NCBI GenBank assembly: GCA_002842045.1 | Contig: PHBX01000010.1 | Location: forward strand, 6,267 to 70,266 | From: Chloroflexi bacterium HGW-Chloroflexi-3 | GTDB lineage: Bacteria > Chloroflexota > Anaerolineae > Anaerolineales > Anaerolineaceae | Direction of reading: 5' to 3' | DNA length: 64,000 nt | Position numbers and translations under genes: made by a program | The notes under the pieces: model-generated | Databases searched by the model: none | Told to the model about the DNA's origin: nothing | Seen by the model: only the letters and a program-made list of their open reading frames with translations | Shown: positions 36,040 through 45,492 of the stretch, piece by piece | Layout: every line of letters starts with the position of its first letter | Numbering within the stretch: the first letter of the stretch is position 1

Positions 36040-36921
36040 TTAGTCCAATTTTTCCATGATAGAAAGCTCCTTCATGGCTTCCAGTTCGAGAATTTTCTTT
36101 TCGATCAATTTTTCCAGATTTTTCTGGTAGTTCATCATCTCATACCCTTGTAGTACCGCAGCCACCTGGGTTACACCTATCAGCACAATTAAAATACTGA
36201 AAATGATGGCAATCCAGATGCTCCAGGTAAAAATCTTCTGTTGTGCATTGACCAGAGAAGCCTGAATATCGGTCAGATCAGTCAGGTAATCATTGATTAC
36301 GCCCTGGGCATTGGATAAATCCGTCTGAAAATTAGCAATACTACTGGCAATCTCATCAATTCCGTCTTTGATCGAAAGAATATTGGAGTTACTGTCTGAA
36401 AGATTGGTGGAGATATCCTCCATGGATTGGGGCATATCCTTGAGGGTGCTGCTGATTTCTTTTAGCGCTTCATTGAGTGGTTTCGGAGGTTCGTAAACAA
36501 TTCCCAGAAGTGGGATGCGGGATAACCCGTAGAGAAGGTTATCGATGATCAGGGCCGAACTTTGGGCAGCCACAACCGAGAGTTTGGTGTTTTCCAGCGT
36601 ATCTTTAAGATCGCCTTTAAATAAGGTGGAGAATGAACCGATCAGATTGCTGGTATCTTGCATGGTTTGCGCCATAATGAGGGTTGAGTTCTCCAGTGAG
36701 CTCATGCTCTTGCGCATATTAGTCAGGCTGGAATCGATTACATTCAATCCAGAAATACTGGTGTTGACCACTTTTTCGGAGAAAATCAAGCCATCATAAA
36801 CCCTGTTGGCGACTGGAAGCCTGAAACGCCAGACCTGAACCAAGGCAAACACCGAAAACAGTAACCCAATCACTGCGAAGATGATTAAACTCAAACCGAA
36901 AACTTTTCTGGGAAAATTCAT
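36040..36921 (-). CDS. hypothetical membrane protein (TM - long helical ectodomain - TM - coiled coil)
   Basis: 293 aa with hydrophobic segments at both ends of a Ser/Asn/Leu-rich helical region. No family recognised. Confidence 0.45.
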   Translation of the reverse strand: MNFPRKVFGLSLIIFAVIGLLFSVFALVQVWRFRLPVANRVYDGLIFSEKVVNTSISGLNVIDSSLTNMRKSMSSLENSTLIMAQTMQDTSNLIGSFSTLFKGDLKDTLENTKLSVVAAQSSALIIDNLLYGLSRIPLLGIVYEPPKPLNEALKEISSTLKDMPQSMEDISTNLSDSNSNILSIKDGIDEIASSIANFQTDLSNAQGVINDYLTDLTDIQASLVNAQQKIFTWSIWIAIIFSILIVLIGVTQVAAVLQGYEMMNYQKNLEKLIEKKILELEAMKELSIMEKLD

Positions 36922-37070
36922 CCTCCACCTCTCTCCATCAACAAAGTCAATAACAAGAATGTTGTCGTTTTTCTTTAATAATTCTACTTGATCCGCTGAA
37001 GAAAATCATCAAATCTCTGATTCGAAATCGAACTTTGGATATAATCAAGGCAAAGACACGTGAGGAGTGA

Positions 37071-37913
37071 ATGTTGAAGGCAGTCAACTTGATCGATTAT
37101 GAGACATTGTGGCGAGATATGGTGATATTAGGGGAACAACGCCGCGCAAGGAAGACCAAAACAAGCAGTGCAGATCAATGGCATGGAAAAGCAACTGAAT
37201 TTGCCCAGAGGGTGAATGATCGCTGGCTACATAAAGATTCCAGTCGCGATTTTGTAAAGAAAACCCTGCTGGATAATCCACGGTCCTCTGTGTTGGATAT
37301 TGGCGCAGGGAGTGGCGCCTGGGTTAGTTTCATTGCTCCGCATGCAAGCTGGATAACCGCCATTGATCCATCAGATAGTATGCTGCGTCAATTGGAGAAT
37401 AGGGTTAATACAGAAAAATTGCAGAATGTGAAGATTATTAAAGGGTGCTGGCCAGATGTGCAAGTAGAGCCCCATGATATCAGCTTCTGTTCGCATGCCA
37501 TGTATGGAGTTGAAAATTTTGTTGATTTTATCAAGGCCATGCACGAGAGCACCTTGAAACGCATCATCCTCCTGATTCGTGCACCAAAAGACGATGGATT
37601 GATGGCGCAGGCAGCCAAATTGGTCTGGGGTCATCCCTTTGATTCGCCTAATTATCAGATTGCCATCAATATCCTCTGGAAAATGGGCATCTTTCCAAAC
37701 GTGATTATGGAAGACGATCATCTCTGGAAACCCTGGTCCCATCCTTCGCTGGAGGACGCTTTATCTGAGATGAAGAATCGCCTGGGATTATTTGACAGTC
37801 TAGAATGGGATGAAAAATTGCGGGGTTTGTTAGCATCCAATCTGCAGTTTCAATCAGGTGAATACATCTGGCCATCAGCCATCCGCACAGCATTATTATA
37901 TTGGGATATGTAA
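37071..37913 (+). CDS. class I SAM-dependent methyltransferase
   Basis: Motif I VLDIGAGSGAW followed by ..AIDPS..; 280 aa. Confidence 0.7.
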   Translation: MLKAVNLIDYETLWRDMVILGEQRRARKTKTSSADQWHGKATEFAQRVNDRWLHKDSSRDFVKKTLLDNPRSSVLDIGAGSGAWVSFIAPHASWITAIDPSDSMLRQLENRVNTEKLQNVKIIKGCWPDVQVEPHDISFCSHAMYGVENFVDFIKAMHESTLKRIILLIRAPKDDGLMAQAAKLVWGHPFDSPNYQIAINILWKMGIFPNVIMEDDHLWKPWSHPSLEDALSEMKNRLGLFDSLEWDEKLRGLLASNLQFQSGEYIWPSAIRTALLYWDM

Positions 37914-38037
37914 AAAATTAGTTTTGTTTATATTCGCGTAGCCATTTTAACCTTTAAAATTTCCTCAATCATTAAAATTAATAATTGAATATTTCGAAGA
38001 TTGATCGTATTTCTACCTTATAATTAAATCAATAAGA

Positions 38038-39021
38038 ATGAAAGCGATGATGAACAAATTTCTAAAGAATTGGAAGCGGGTTCTATTTTTCGGGTTGGGG
38101 GCGGTGATTGGACTCGAGTTCAGCAATGCTTTTCATCCCAGCCTGCGCAGTAGACTAATGTATGCATTGGTACGTCTATTGCATAAACCCATCATGCCGG
38201 AGGAACTCGAAAAACAACGCAGTTATCTGGATCGCTTGCAGGAGTTGGTTCCACCACCATTAAAAATAGATCCCAATCTGGTTGATGCGAACGGGATTCC
38301 CTGTGAATGGGTTCTACCGGAAAAAGATATCCCAACCCAGGTCGTATTCTATTTACATGGGGGCGGTTATACAACCAAAATGCCGGTTCTCCATCGCAAC
38401 TTTCTCTTTCAGTTAGCGCAGGAGAGTAAAGCCCAATTTTTTATGGTAGATTACCGCCTGGCACCGGAACATCCTTTTCCAGCTGCGTTGGAAGATGCGC
38501 TGGTTGCTTATGACTGGCTATTGCATCAGGGCTGGGATCCGGAAAAGATTATGTTTGCTGGTGACTCTGCCGGTGGGGGATTGACACTGGCTACATTGCT
38601 GGCTTTAAGGGATATGGGCAGACCCTTACCGGTCGGAGCGATTTTTATTTCTCCATGGACGGATTTGACAGGCAGCGGCGAGTCGATCACGCTTCTGAAG
38701 GATCTGGATGTCATGTTAACCTGGGAAAACTTACAGGAAAGTGCACTGGATTATGCGGGGCATGAACCTTTAACCCACCCATGGATCTCCCCTTTGTTTG
38801 CGGATTTTAAGGGATTACCAGATAGCCTAATTCTGGTGGGGGGGCGAGAAATCCTAATGGATGATTCCACCAGACTGGCAACCCGCATGACGGAAGATGG
38901 CGTGGACGTGGATTTGGTCATTGAGTCGTATATGGGGCATGTGTATCCAGCCACTGGGCCGGCGATTCCCGAAGCACAGCGAGCGATTGAGAAGATAGGG
39001 GATTTTATTAAGAAGTGTTGA
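38038..39021 (+). CDS. alpha/beta hydrolase, hormone-sensitive-lipase-like esterase
   Basis: Oxyanion motif YLHGGGY, nucleophile elbow GDSAGG, C-terminal ..GHVY..; N-terminal TM/signal segment. Confidence 0.8.
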   Translation: MKAMMNKFLKNWKRVLFFGLGAVIGLEFSNAFHPSLRSRLMYALVRLLHKPIMPEELEKQRSYLDRLQELVPPPLKIDPNLVDANGIPCEWVLPEKDIPTQVVFYLHGGGYTTKMPVLHRNFLFQLAQESKAQFFMVDYRLAPEHPFPAALEDALVAYDWLLHQGWDPEKIMFAGDSAGGGLTLATLLALRDMGRPLPVGAIFISPWTDLTGSGESITLLKDLDVMLTWENLQESALDYAGHEPLTHPWISPLFADFKGLPDSLILVGGREILMDDSTRLATRMTEDGVDVDLVIESYMGHVYPATGPAIPEAQRAIEKIGDFIKKC

Positions 39022-39136
39022 TTAGCTGGTAGCCGGTTGCTGATAGCGTGTAGGATTAAATTAAAATTACAACAGTTGAGGAGAATTAAAATTTTAAGCT
39101 ACCAGCTACTAGCTACGAGCTACCTGCTACAGCAAC
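39022..39136. repeat. inverted arrays of heptanucleotide repeats at a convergent gene junction
   Basis: Right arm: AGCTACC AGCTACT AGCTACG AGCTACC TGCTACA (39097-39131). Left arm: TTAGCTGGTAGCCGGTTGCTGATAGCGTGTAGG (39022-39054), the complementary GCTAnCA-type array. TAGCTGGTAGC pairs perfectly with GCTACCAGCTA. The spacer is AT-rich, and the arms touch or overlap both stop codons. Confidence 0.6.
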
Positions 39137-40017
39137 TCCACCGCTCTGGCATTTGATTCCACCTGTTCCACATTCCTGCAACCCGGAATAACGCTGGTCA
39201 CCGCTGGGTGACGTAAACACCATGCCAATGCCCATTGCGCCATATCCACACCTTCCGGTACTTCTGTGGCTTTGATATTTTCCACTTCCAACAGTTGTTG
39301 ACGAATGGAATCCGGGTCACGCAGTGAGCGAACATCATCGGGGTTGGTGAATTGGGTATCTGGCTGATACTTTCCACTCAGGAATCCCGAAGCCAGGGGA
39401 ACTCGAGTTAGCACACCGATATCTTCCTTTTCACAGGTTGGGAAGATATCCTTTTCCGGTTCGCGACTGAGGCGGTTGTATATCACTTGCAACGCGGAAA
39501 TCCCATACCCACTCATTTTCTGAATCTGGAGTGGGGGATTAGCAGTCGTGATGGAAAGTCCCAGCGCATGAATTTTGCCAGCTTCCACCTGCCGGGCGAG
39601 CATTTCCCACAGATCCGGGTTATCAAAGACCTCATCAGATCCAGAATGAAACTGATACAGGTCAATGTAATCAGTTTTCAAGGCGCGCAAAGAGTCCTCC
39701 AGCTGCATCTGCACGCTTGCAGGATCGAAATGGGTGGTGCGTTCAAAATTGGCATGAAATATATGTCCAAATTTGGTGGCTACGATCCAGTCTGCGCGGT
39801 GACCTTTGATCGCATTCCCGACCAATTCTTCTGAAGTGTGATCACCATAACACTCGGCAGTGTCAATCAGATTGATGCCTAATTCCCCAGCACGCCTGAT
39901 CATTTGATCAACTTCGCTTTGTTCGTAAACTTTTCCCCATTCTCCACCCAATTGCCAGGTGCCAACACCGACAACAGAGACATTTAATTCAGTTTTTCCC
40001 AATCTTCGATATAACAT
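39127..40017 (-). CDS. aldo/keto reductase
   Basis: 296 aa. LGKTELNVSVVGVGTWQLGG, IDTAECYG, DLYQFH; AKR family pattern. Confidence 0.85.
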   Translation of the reverse strand: MLYRRLGKTELNVSVVGVGTWQLGGEWGKVYEQSEVDQMIRRAGELGINLIDTAECYGDHTSEELVGNAIKGHRADWIVATKFGHIFHANFERTTHFDPASVQMQLEDSLRALKTDYIDLYQFHSGSDEVFDNPDLWEMLARQVEAGKIHALGLSITTANPPLQIQKMSGYGISALQVIYNRLSREPEKDIFPTCEKEDIGVLTRVPLASGFLSGKYQPDTQFTNPDDVRSLRDPDSIRQQLLEVENIKATEVPEGVDMAQWALAWCLRHPAVTSVIPGCRNVEQVESNARAVELL

Positions 40018-40076
40018 AGCAAAATCCTTTCTATGTAGAGTGCTTTAATTGTACCCATTTTTGACAGGATTTTCCG

Positions 40077-41666
40077 CTACCATGGTAGGTCGTTCAGGGT
40101 TAACCAATCAGTCTCTGGATACAGTCGGGCAATTTGCGTTGTGTAGCGGGGATGAGTGCGCATGATTTTGCGGGGATCTCCCTGGCTGATAATCTGTCCA
40201 TCTTCCAGGATCAGAATGCGGCTTGCAAAGGCAGCAGCGAATTCAACTTCATGTGTGACCAATAAGATGGTTTTGCCATTCTGGTTCCATTCCAGTAAGA
40301 GTTCCAACAAAGCATTTTTGGTTTGCTGGTCCAATCCACGTGTCGGTTCATCAAGAATGATGATTTCAGGATGGGTCACCACCACCGCGCCCAGTGCAAC
40401 GCGCTGTTTCTCGCCCGTGCTCAGATCGCGTGGATATGCACTTGCCTTGGTTTGGATATTCAGCTGGGTGAGTAAATGCTCTAAACTCTTTGTCTGGACG
40501 GGGATTTGATGATTACGCAGGGTAGTTTCCAGCTCCTGTTGAACCGTCTCAGAAAATAGCAAGGCATTCGGATCCTGTGGCAAATACCCTATGTTATAGC
40601 TCAACTCGGCTGTGTGCTCGAATTCAATCTTTTTTCCTTTAAAAAGGATCTCACCCTGGTTGGGAGCAATCAAACCCAGCAGTGTTCGCAGCAAGGTGGA
40701 TTTACCGGCACCATTGGGACCCATTAACACCAATCGCTCCTGTGCGTGCAAACTGAAATCAATGTCCTTCAGAACCACACATTTCCCTAAATTCACATGC
40801 ACATGTTGCACTTCGATCAGCGCTTGTGAGGTAATTTCAAAGGAGGTTTTTTCCCGTGATTCAAATTTCTCATCTTGATTAAATTTTCGAGCCTGTTCTA
40901 CATCCAATGGAACGGGAAACCACCCTCGTTTTTCCGCCAGTTGAACAATGGGTGGTTTGAGTGCGCATTTCTGAATGACCGCCTGAGGTAATCCGACTTC
41001 GCGTAATTGTCCATCCGGGGAAAGGATTACAACCATATCAGCATAGGCCAGAACACGGTCAAGGCGCTGTTCAGACATGACGATTGTTAGCCCCAAATCC
41101 TGCTGTAATTGTTTCAGCAGGATCAGTACTTCTTCTGCAGCCAATGGGTCAAGCTGCGAGGTAGGCTCATCCAGCACCAGAATTTTTGGCTCCAGCACCA
41201 GGGCTGCGGCAATAGCAATCCGCTGGATTTCACCACCTGAGAGAGAGTCGACTTTACGTGTTTTTAGATTCTCGAGATTCAACTTCCGCAGAATTTGCTT
41301 TACACGTGTCTGCATTTCTGACCGGGGAATGGCAGCCTGTTCCATGGAGAAAGCAATCTCATCCTCCACAATGTCGACAACAAACTGGTTCTCAACCTCC
41401 TGAAAAACAAAACCTACCTGACGGCTCATCATCTGTGGTCCGGATTTAACCGGATCCAACCCGGCGACGGAAATTTGCCCTCCAAGTGTACCACCCGTGA
41501 AATGAGGTACCAGTCCGTTTATCAGTCGCAGCAATGTGGACTTACCAGAACCTGACTCGCCAATGACCAGACAGAATTTTCCGGCGGGAATCAGCAACTC
41601 GTTTATTTGTATGGCATCCTTTTCAGCTCCGGGATAGCGATAGGTCAGTTGATCAATCCTGATCAT
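40077..41666 (-). CDS. ECF transporter ATPase, fused EcfA-EcfA' (two ABC domains)
   Basis: 529 aa with two Walker A motifs (GESGSGKST, GPNGAGKST), two signature motifs (LSGGEIQR, LSTGEKQR) and two Walker B motifs (ILVLDEPT, IIILDEPT). Confidence 0.85.
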   Translation of the reverse strand: MIRIDQLTYRYPGAEKDAIQINELLIPAGKFCLVIGESGSGKSTLLRLINGLVPHFTGGTLGGQISVAGLDPVKSGPQMMSRQVGFVFQEVENQFVVDIVEDEIAFSMEQAAIPRSEMQTRVKQILRKLNLENLKTRKVDSLSGGEIQRIAIAAALVLEPKILVLDEPTSQLDPLAAEEVLILLKQLQQDLGLTIVMSEQRLDRVLAYADMVVILSPDGQLREVGLPQAVIQKCALKPPIVQLAEKRGWFPVPLDVEQARKFNQDEKFESREKTSFEITSQALIEVQHVHVNLGKCVVLKDIDFSLHAQERLVLMGPNGAGKSTLLRTLLGLIAPNQGEILFKGKKIEFEHTAELSYNIGYLPQDPNALLFSETVQQELETTLRNHQIPVQTKSLEHLLTQLNIQTKASAYPRDLSTGEKQRVALGAVVVTHPEIIILDEPTRGLDQQTKNALLELLLEWNQNGKTILLVTHEVEFAAAFASRILILEDGQIISQGDPRKIMRTHPRYTTQIARLYPETDWLTLNDLPW

Positions 41667-42678
41667 GTTTAACCTCCCCCAAGAGAAAGATGGGTGTTAA
41701 CAAAGTTAAGGTAAGCAGACCGTGTAAAATGGAAAATCCCGGCAACTGAACCAAGGGGTAAGGTTCATATGCGAGGACCAGATGTCCCGGTATTTTGATT
41801 ACGAAAGCCAAAATAAGCAAAAGAGCAAAGAGGCAAATCCAGGTTGAAATCTGTGACCATGCTTCTTGCACATAGGTGCTTTTATTGACTCTTTTTCCGC
41901 TGATAAAGAATAAAACAAGTAACAAAAGCAACCCTGCCAGAATCATCCAACCACCCGATAAGGGAAGTTGGGTAGATAATTCCAATATCCAGCCCAGTAA
42001 GATGAATATTAAACCCAATGGAAGCAAAGTTTTTTCAAACCAGGGGATTTTGCGATCCGATTGAGCAGTAAACCCTCTGGCGGTCATCGCTTCAGCAATC
42101 TGCATGGCTCTTTCCAATCCACCAATCAAGAGTGGAATGATTAAGGGTAGCCAATCACGCAACTTTTTGAGCTGTTGACCACGGATTGCCTGGGCTTCGC
42201 GAATTGCCTGAAACTGTTTTTGCGAGGCAGGAATGAAAGTCAGGGCGATGGTGGTGACAACAGCCACTGGATGAAACGCTTGCGGAATTAATCGTACCAG
42301 AGCATGAACCGAGACCACCTGGTTGAGGATCATGAATAATGTGAACATTCCGATCAAAATCAACCCGTTTGTTAATCCATAGATCAATGCTTCCAACGTG
42401 TAGTTACCCCCCAGCAACGGGATATTGGTGGGCAGGTTGAAGAGAATTGTCTGACCAAAGCGGGATATGAACATATTTAAAACCGTTGAGAGTACCAGCA
42501 CTGACAGTCCAAACCGCAATGTTGTTCCCATGAATTTTTTGGAAGGAGGTGTAATCCAGACCTGGAAGAGGATCAGGATCAGATCAACCAGGAGGATGAT
42601 CAGTGGATTTCTGGTTGTCGTCAGCACGACCAATCCGGAGATCAACCATGCCAGCCAGGCGTAGGTGTGAACATTCAT
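41653..42678 (-). CDS. ECF transporter transmembrane T component (EcfT/CbiQ family)
   Basis: Polytopic protein with the two Ala-Arg-Gly coupling motifs (AQAIRGQ, MTARGF). The likely start is MNVHTY.. at 42678, which avoids overlap with the upstream gene. Confidence 0.75.
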   Translation of the reverse strand: MNVHTYAWLAWLISGLVVLTTTRNPLIILLVDLILILFQVWITPPSKKFMGTTLRFGLSVLVLSTVLNMFISRFGQTILFNLPTNIPLLGGNYTLEALIYGLTNGLILIGMFTLFMILNQVVSVHALVRLIPQAFHPVAVVTTIALTFIPASQKQFQAIREAQAIRGQQLKKLRDWLPLIIPLLIGGLERAMQIAEAMTARGFTAQSDRKIPWFEKTLLPLGLIFILLGWILELSTQLPLSGGWMILAGLLLLLVLFFISGKRVNKSTYVQEAWSQISTWICLFALLLILAFVIKIPGHLVLAYEPYPLVQLPGFSILHGLLTLTLLTPIFLLGEVKHDQD

Positions 42679-42682
42679 CCCG

Positions 42683-43492
42683 TTAGTTTTCCTCACCCAG
42701 ATGGACAAAATAAAAGCGCTTTTGAAATCGCCGTAACACTTTAATGGTAGCTTTCCCAAAAAACAGGATCAATAAAAGGTTGCCAATGGCGCGGGTAGTA
42801 TCCCAGACCAGAGAAGTAGCCAGATAAAACACACCGTAATTTCGCATAGACACTAAAAAATTAGATCCTGGAGCAAATTGCTGATTACTGGGTCCTGAGA
42901 GAAAAGGCCAGAACCACAAATTCGTTATAGCGCCATACAAATATCCCCACAGAAAACCAAAAATCAGCAGTGTGATCCACTCTCCTGGTTTCTTCTCCTG
43001 GTGGGTGAGTAAAACTATTCGTCTGGCAAGAGCAGCGGATAGCCCAACCCATCCGGCCGTCAACATCTGATTCGGTAGCCAGGGACCGACACCACCAGTG
43101 ATCAATGCAGAGACCAGCATGGTGAGTGATCCCATCAGGAAACCCATCCTGCCACCGAAAACATAGCCTGTGATCAAAATTAAAAAGAAGACCGGGCTAA
43201 AACCTCCCAATACCGGTAAGGTCAGGTCGATGAAACGCAGGGTGGAATTAATAGCAATCAGGATTCCCAGTAGGGCAATTAATTTTGTATTGAGACGATA
43301 TTGTTGAATTTCATAAATCAATACAACGGAACACAAGGCCAATATCATTGCCATCATGATGGGTAATTCATTCTGACGGTTTGAGCTCAATATTCCCTGA
43401 TCTGCAGTCTCCAAAAGTGGGTATATATAAGCGAAAATACCCAATCCGGTGGTTAAGAAGTAAATTAACCCGGTCAGCAGTTTTTCTTTCAA
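42683..43492 (-). CDS. polytopic membrane protein, putative ECF S (substrate-capture) component
   Basis: 269 aa with ~6-7 hydrophobic helices. It sits between the binding protein and EcfT in one operon. Cobalamin specificity is inferred only from the upstream riboswitch. Confidence 0.5.
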   Translation of the reverse strand: MKEKLLTGLIYFLTTGLGIFAYIYPLLETADQGILSSNRQNELPIMMAMILALCSVVLIYEIQQYRLNTKLIALLGILIAINSTLRFIDLTLPVLGGFSPVFFLILITGYVFGGRMGFLMGSLTMLVSALITGGVGPWLPNQMLTAGWVGLSAALARRIVLLTHQEKKPGEWITLLIFGFLWGYLYGAITNLWFWPFLSGPSNQQFAPGSNFLVSMRNYGVFYLATSLVWDTTRAIGNLLLILFFGKATIKVLRRFQKRFYFVHLGEEN

Positions 43493-45069
43493 ACTGTGCG
43501 TTTTTCCCGCAGCACTAAAACCATAATAACAATCAGCGCCAACACAATGACCCCAAAAACAAGGTACTGGGTGAGATTATTTTTTACAGCTGGTTCAACA
43601 TCGATGGAGTCTGAGGTTGACTCTTCTGAATTTCCCGCGTTTTCAACCATAGGGAGGAGAACAGCGCTGGTGGGTTGTTGTTCTTCTTTAACCACTGCTG
43701 GCAAAAATAGCAACGGGTTAACCGCGCAGATTTCATCGAAGCTTACCAGTGCAGGGGGCTGATCACCCCAACTCCAACCATCCACAGAACCTGCAATTAC
43801 CTGATGGGTATTGGATCCAACCTGGGAATAAGCCCATTCACCACCCTGCGGATCCATGTGCCAGTAGGACCAGTAATTGGGCATTCCACAGAAACAATTA
43901 TCGCTCTTACAGCCCTGTCCTTCAATGCCACAAATCGCATTTCCTTTAGCAGGATCAAAACTGGTATCCAGTTGCAACCCAGAAGTTTCCAATAATTCAA
44001 ATCCACTGATGGCTTTAGCAGTAAATTCCACACAACGCAGGACGGTGCTGCCATCTGGCAAGGTGACTGCCAGACCAGCTTTGTTGACAGCTAAATCCAC
44101 AGAGGTGAGTGGCTCAATCAATGGTCCCTGCGAGAAACCCAGCAGTGCTTCAACAGTGGAATATACGTTGATAAAATTTTCTCCAATACCTCCATCGGGT
44201 TGCACAGCAGATAGAAGTGCTCTGCGAGGAGAGACCCCATTTACTTCCCAATCTTTCAGATCTTCTCCTGCACTCACCAGGGCCAGCGTGATCCAGCCGG
44301 TGGTATCCACATTGATCATGGAAGAATCCCACAACGGTCGCCAGGCAGCATTCTCTAACTGAGTATCTTTGAAGTATTGTAGCGCTGCTTGAATGGCGGC
44401 ATGATCCTGATCCACCTGACCACTGGCAAGCAAAGCTACCACCACCAGGGCAGTTGTGTCCGGATCAGAACCAAATCCATTATCCCAGGTGCCATCATCC
44501 AATTGTTTTGCTAACAAATAACCCACTGCAGCTGTGGGAATCGGATCGCCATTCGCAGCCAGGCCAAGGATTGCCAATGCCTGGCTGAGATCAGTTACTA
44601 CGCCGGAATTCCAATCTTTTACAGCCTGAGTACTGAAACTACCATCTTCCTGTATTGTATCCAGGATGAATGATGGTAAATCCTCAGGAGCAGATTGGGA
44701 GAAAGATAATGCAACTAATATCAGACCAGCATTGCCAGGGAAGAGTAACTGATTATCATCAAATATGTACCCCTGATAGGTTTCCAGTAGGTAATCAATC
44801 GGGGTGAGTCCTTCAGAGCTGATGAATTGCTGCGGATCAACACCAATGGCATGAAAAGCGAGTAAAGCCCGTGCAGTGGTACCAGGATCGGAAACGTCGC
44901 TCAATCCAGGAAAGCCACCATCGGCTTGAAGTTTACCTTCCAAATAATCTATGGTGTTAGAAAAATCGATGTCAGTCTCAGTTTGCGCTTGCACGAAACC
45001 AGCAGGAACAAGAGCGGTCATAAAGACCAATAACAATAAAAGCGTTAGAAATTTGGTGAAATGTTGCAT
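43489..45069 (-). CDS. surface-anchored transcobalamin-like protein (alpha-toroid repeats + DUF4430-like beta domain)
   Basis: Signal peptide, then repeated QxDGGF/DGSF/DGTW/DGGI prenyltransferase-like toroid motifs. The C-terminal domain (..NYWSYWHMDPQGGEWAYSQVGSNTHQVIAGSVDGWSWGD) fits DUF4430, the transcobalamin beta domain. A C-terminal TM anchor follows. Confidence 0.55.
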   Translation of the reverse strand: MQHFTKFLTLLLLLVFMTALVPAGFVQAQTETDIDFSNTIDYLEGKLQADGGFPGLSDVSDPGTTARALLAFHAIGVDPQQFISSEGLTPIDYLLETYQGYIFDDNQLLFPGNAGLILVALSFSQSAPEDLPSFILDTIQEDGSFSTQAVKDWNSGVVTDLSQALAILGLAANGDPIPTAAVGYLLAKQLDDGTWDNGFGSDPDTTALVVVALLASGQVDQDHAAIQAALQYFKDTQLENAAWRPLWDSSMINVDTTGWITLALVSAGEDLKDWEVNGVSPRRALLSAVQPDGGIGENFINVYSTVEALLGFSQGPLIEPLTSVDLAVNKAGLAVTLPDGSTVLRCVEFTAKAISGFELLETSGLQLDTSFDPAKGNAICGIEGQGCKSDNCFCGMPNYWSYWHMDPQGGEWAYSQVGSNTHQVIAGSVDGWSWGDQPPALVSFDEICAVNPLLFLPAVVKEEQQPTSAVLLPMVENAGNSEESTSDSIDVEPAVKNNLTQYLVFGVIVLALIVIMVLVLREKRTV

Positions 45070-45144
45070 ATGGATTTTCTCCTCGGAAAATGATTTGAAT
45101 GCAAAAACGGAACCAGCCTATCGTTCTTCACGGAAAGGCTGGTT

Positions 45145-45345
45145 GCATTAAAAAACCCGCCAAATGGCGGGAAGTAAACCCTTTTATAAGAGTCAACTTC
45201 CCTTTCCGCGAAGGAATGATCGAACCGAATTAAGGCAGGTATTCGGGCTTGTTCCTGTGAACTTACCGTTGCGGGACAGCGCTGGACTTTCACCAGCTTC
45301 CCCATTTGAGCACCGCGCATCCGGGCGTGAGGTGCACCTTAACCG
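45145..45345 (-). promoter_or_regulatory. cobalamin (B12) riboswitch
   Basis: The minus strand reads ..AAGGTGCACC..AAATGGGGAAGCTGGTGAAAGTCCAGCGCTGTCCCGCAACGGTAAG..AAGCCCGAATACCTGCC.. This is the conserved cobalamin aptamer core plus B12 box. A terminator hairpin and GAGGAG RBS follow, upstream of ATG 45069. Confidence 0.8.
45150..45171 (-). terminator. riboswitch expression-platform terminator
   Basis: Minus strand: CCCGCC ATTT GGCGGG followed by TTTTTT. The 5' arm overlaps an alternative GGGAAGT..ACTTCCC helix. Confidence 0.6.
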
Positions 45346-45492
45346 TTATTGAATTAGGTTGATTGTATCCCAGGCGCAAAAAAGTGTCAATTGATTCCGT
45401 GTCACGATTAGAGCAGCCCCATCATTGGGAGATGCGTCATTCGATACCGACGAAAGAGTCAAAATTCTGGTTACATGTAGCTATAATAAGGG

